NCBI GenBank assembly: GCA_965655095.1
Contig: OZ296652.1
Span: forward strand, 14,322,001 to 14,386,000
DNA from: Haplodiscus bocki
Taxonomy: Eukaryota
DNA length: 64,000 nt
Direction: 5' to 3'
Below, one piece after another: positions 63,701 through 64,000 of the stretch. How positions within the stretch are numbered: the stretch's first letter is position 1; the number at the start of each line of letters is the position of its first letter. The notes beneath the pieces were generated by a model. The model saw only the letters and a program-made list of their open reading frames with translations. It ran no database searches and was not told where the DNA came from. A program made the position numbers and the translations under genes.

Positions 63701-64000
63701 TAGGGTTTTGGGTCTGGGGAATACAAACGCAGGTAAAAGGAACAACGTTTCTGTGTTTCAACGGTTGTCACTAATTACTTTACCGAACAGTCCGAAACCA
63801 TTGGTTGGTTTTTCTAAATGAACTTTTTCGAGTGACGACCTAACGTGAACTTGTTATAAGCACTGTGATGCTGTTGTTTTTGTTTGCTTTTTCACAATGT
63901 GAACTGAGAGAAAGAAACGAATGCAAATAACAGTCTTTCTTTTGTCTTCTTCTTACTTTCTTGTAAACGATAACCGTCAGTTAGTACATGATTTCAACTC

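Overview
AT-rich, repeat-dense eukaryotic (probably invertebrate metazoan) scaffold with two assembly gaps (44524-44814, 63142-63341). The only clearly intact host coding sequence is a ~4.2-kb minus-strand exon (about 32455 to 28286) encoding an MGA/Ocm-family protein. It is recognised by the double Cys cluster, the CAR-x-R motif and the EI-x-S-x-CNW motif. Most other identifiable sequence is decayed mobile DNA. This includes: the right end of a Polinton/Maverick-like element (frameshifted protein-primed PolB, a small ORF, ACTACT terminus); a near-full-length CR1/L2-group LINE with an extra upstream SGNH-like ORF and an ORF2 in frame with ORF1; two more decayed LINEs; a MULE transposase; a hAT remnant; a Gypsy-like gag; a PHD-containing remnant; two tRNA-derived SINE copies; two foldback elements; a small CCC...GGG MITE; and several non-autonomous, partly Helitron-like repeat families. 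A possible decayed CUB-domain gene lies just upstream of the MGA exon. All family calls come from manual translation and motif recall; no database searches were run, and many boundaries are approximate. I found no well-supported novel system. The most promising leads are the three-ORF/readthrough LINE and the virus-like gene punctuation of the Polinton end.
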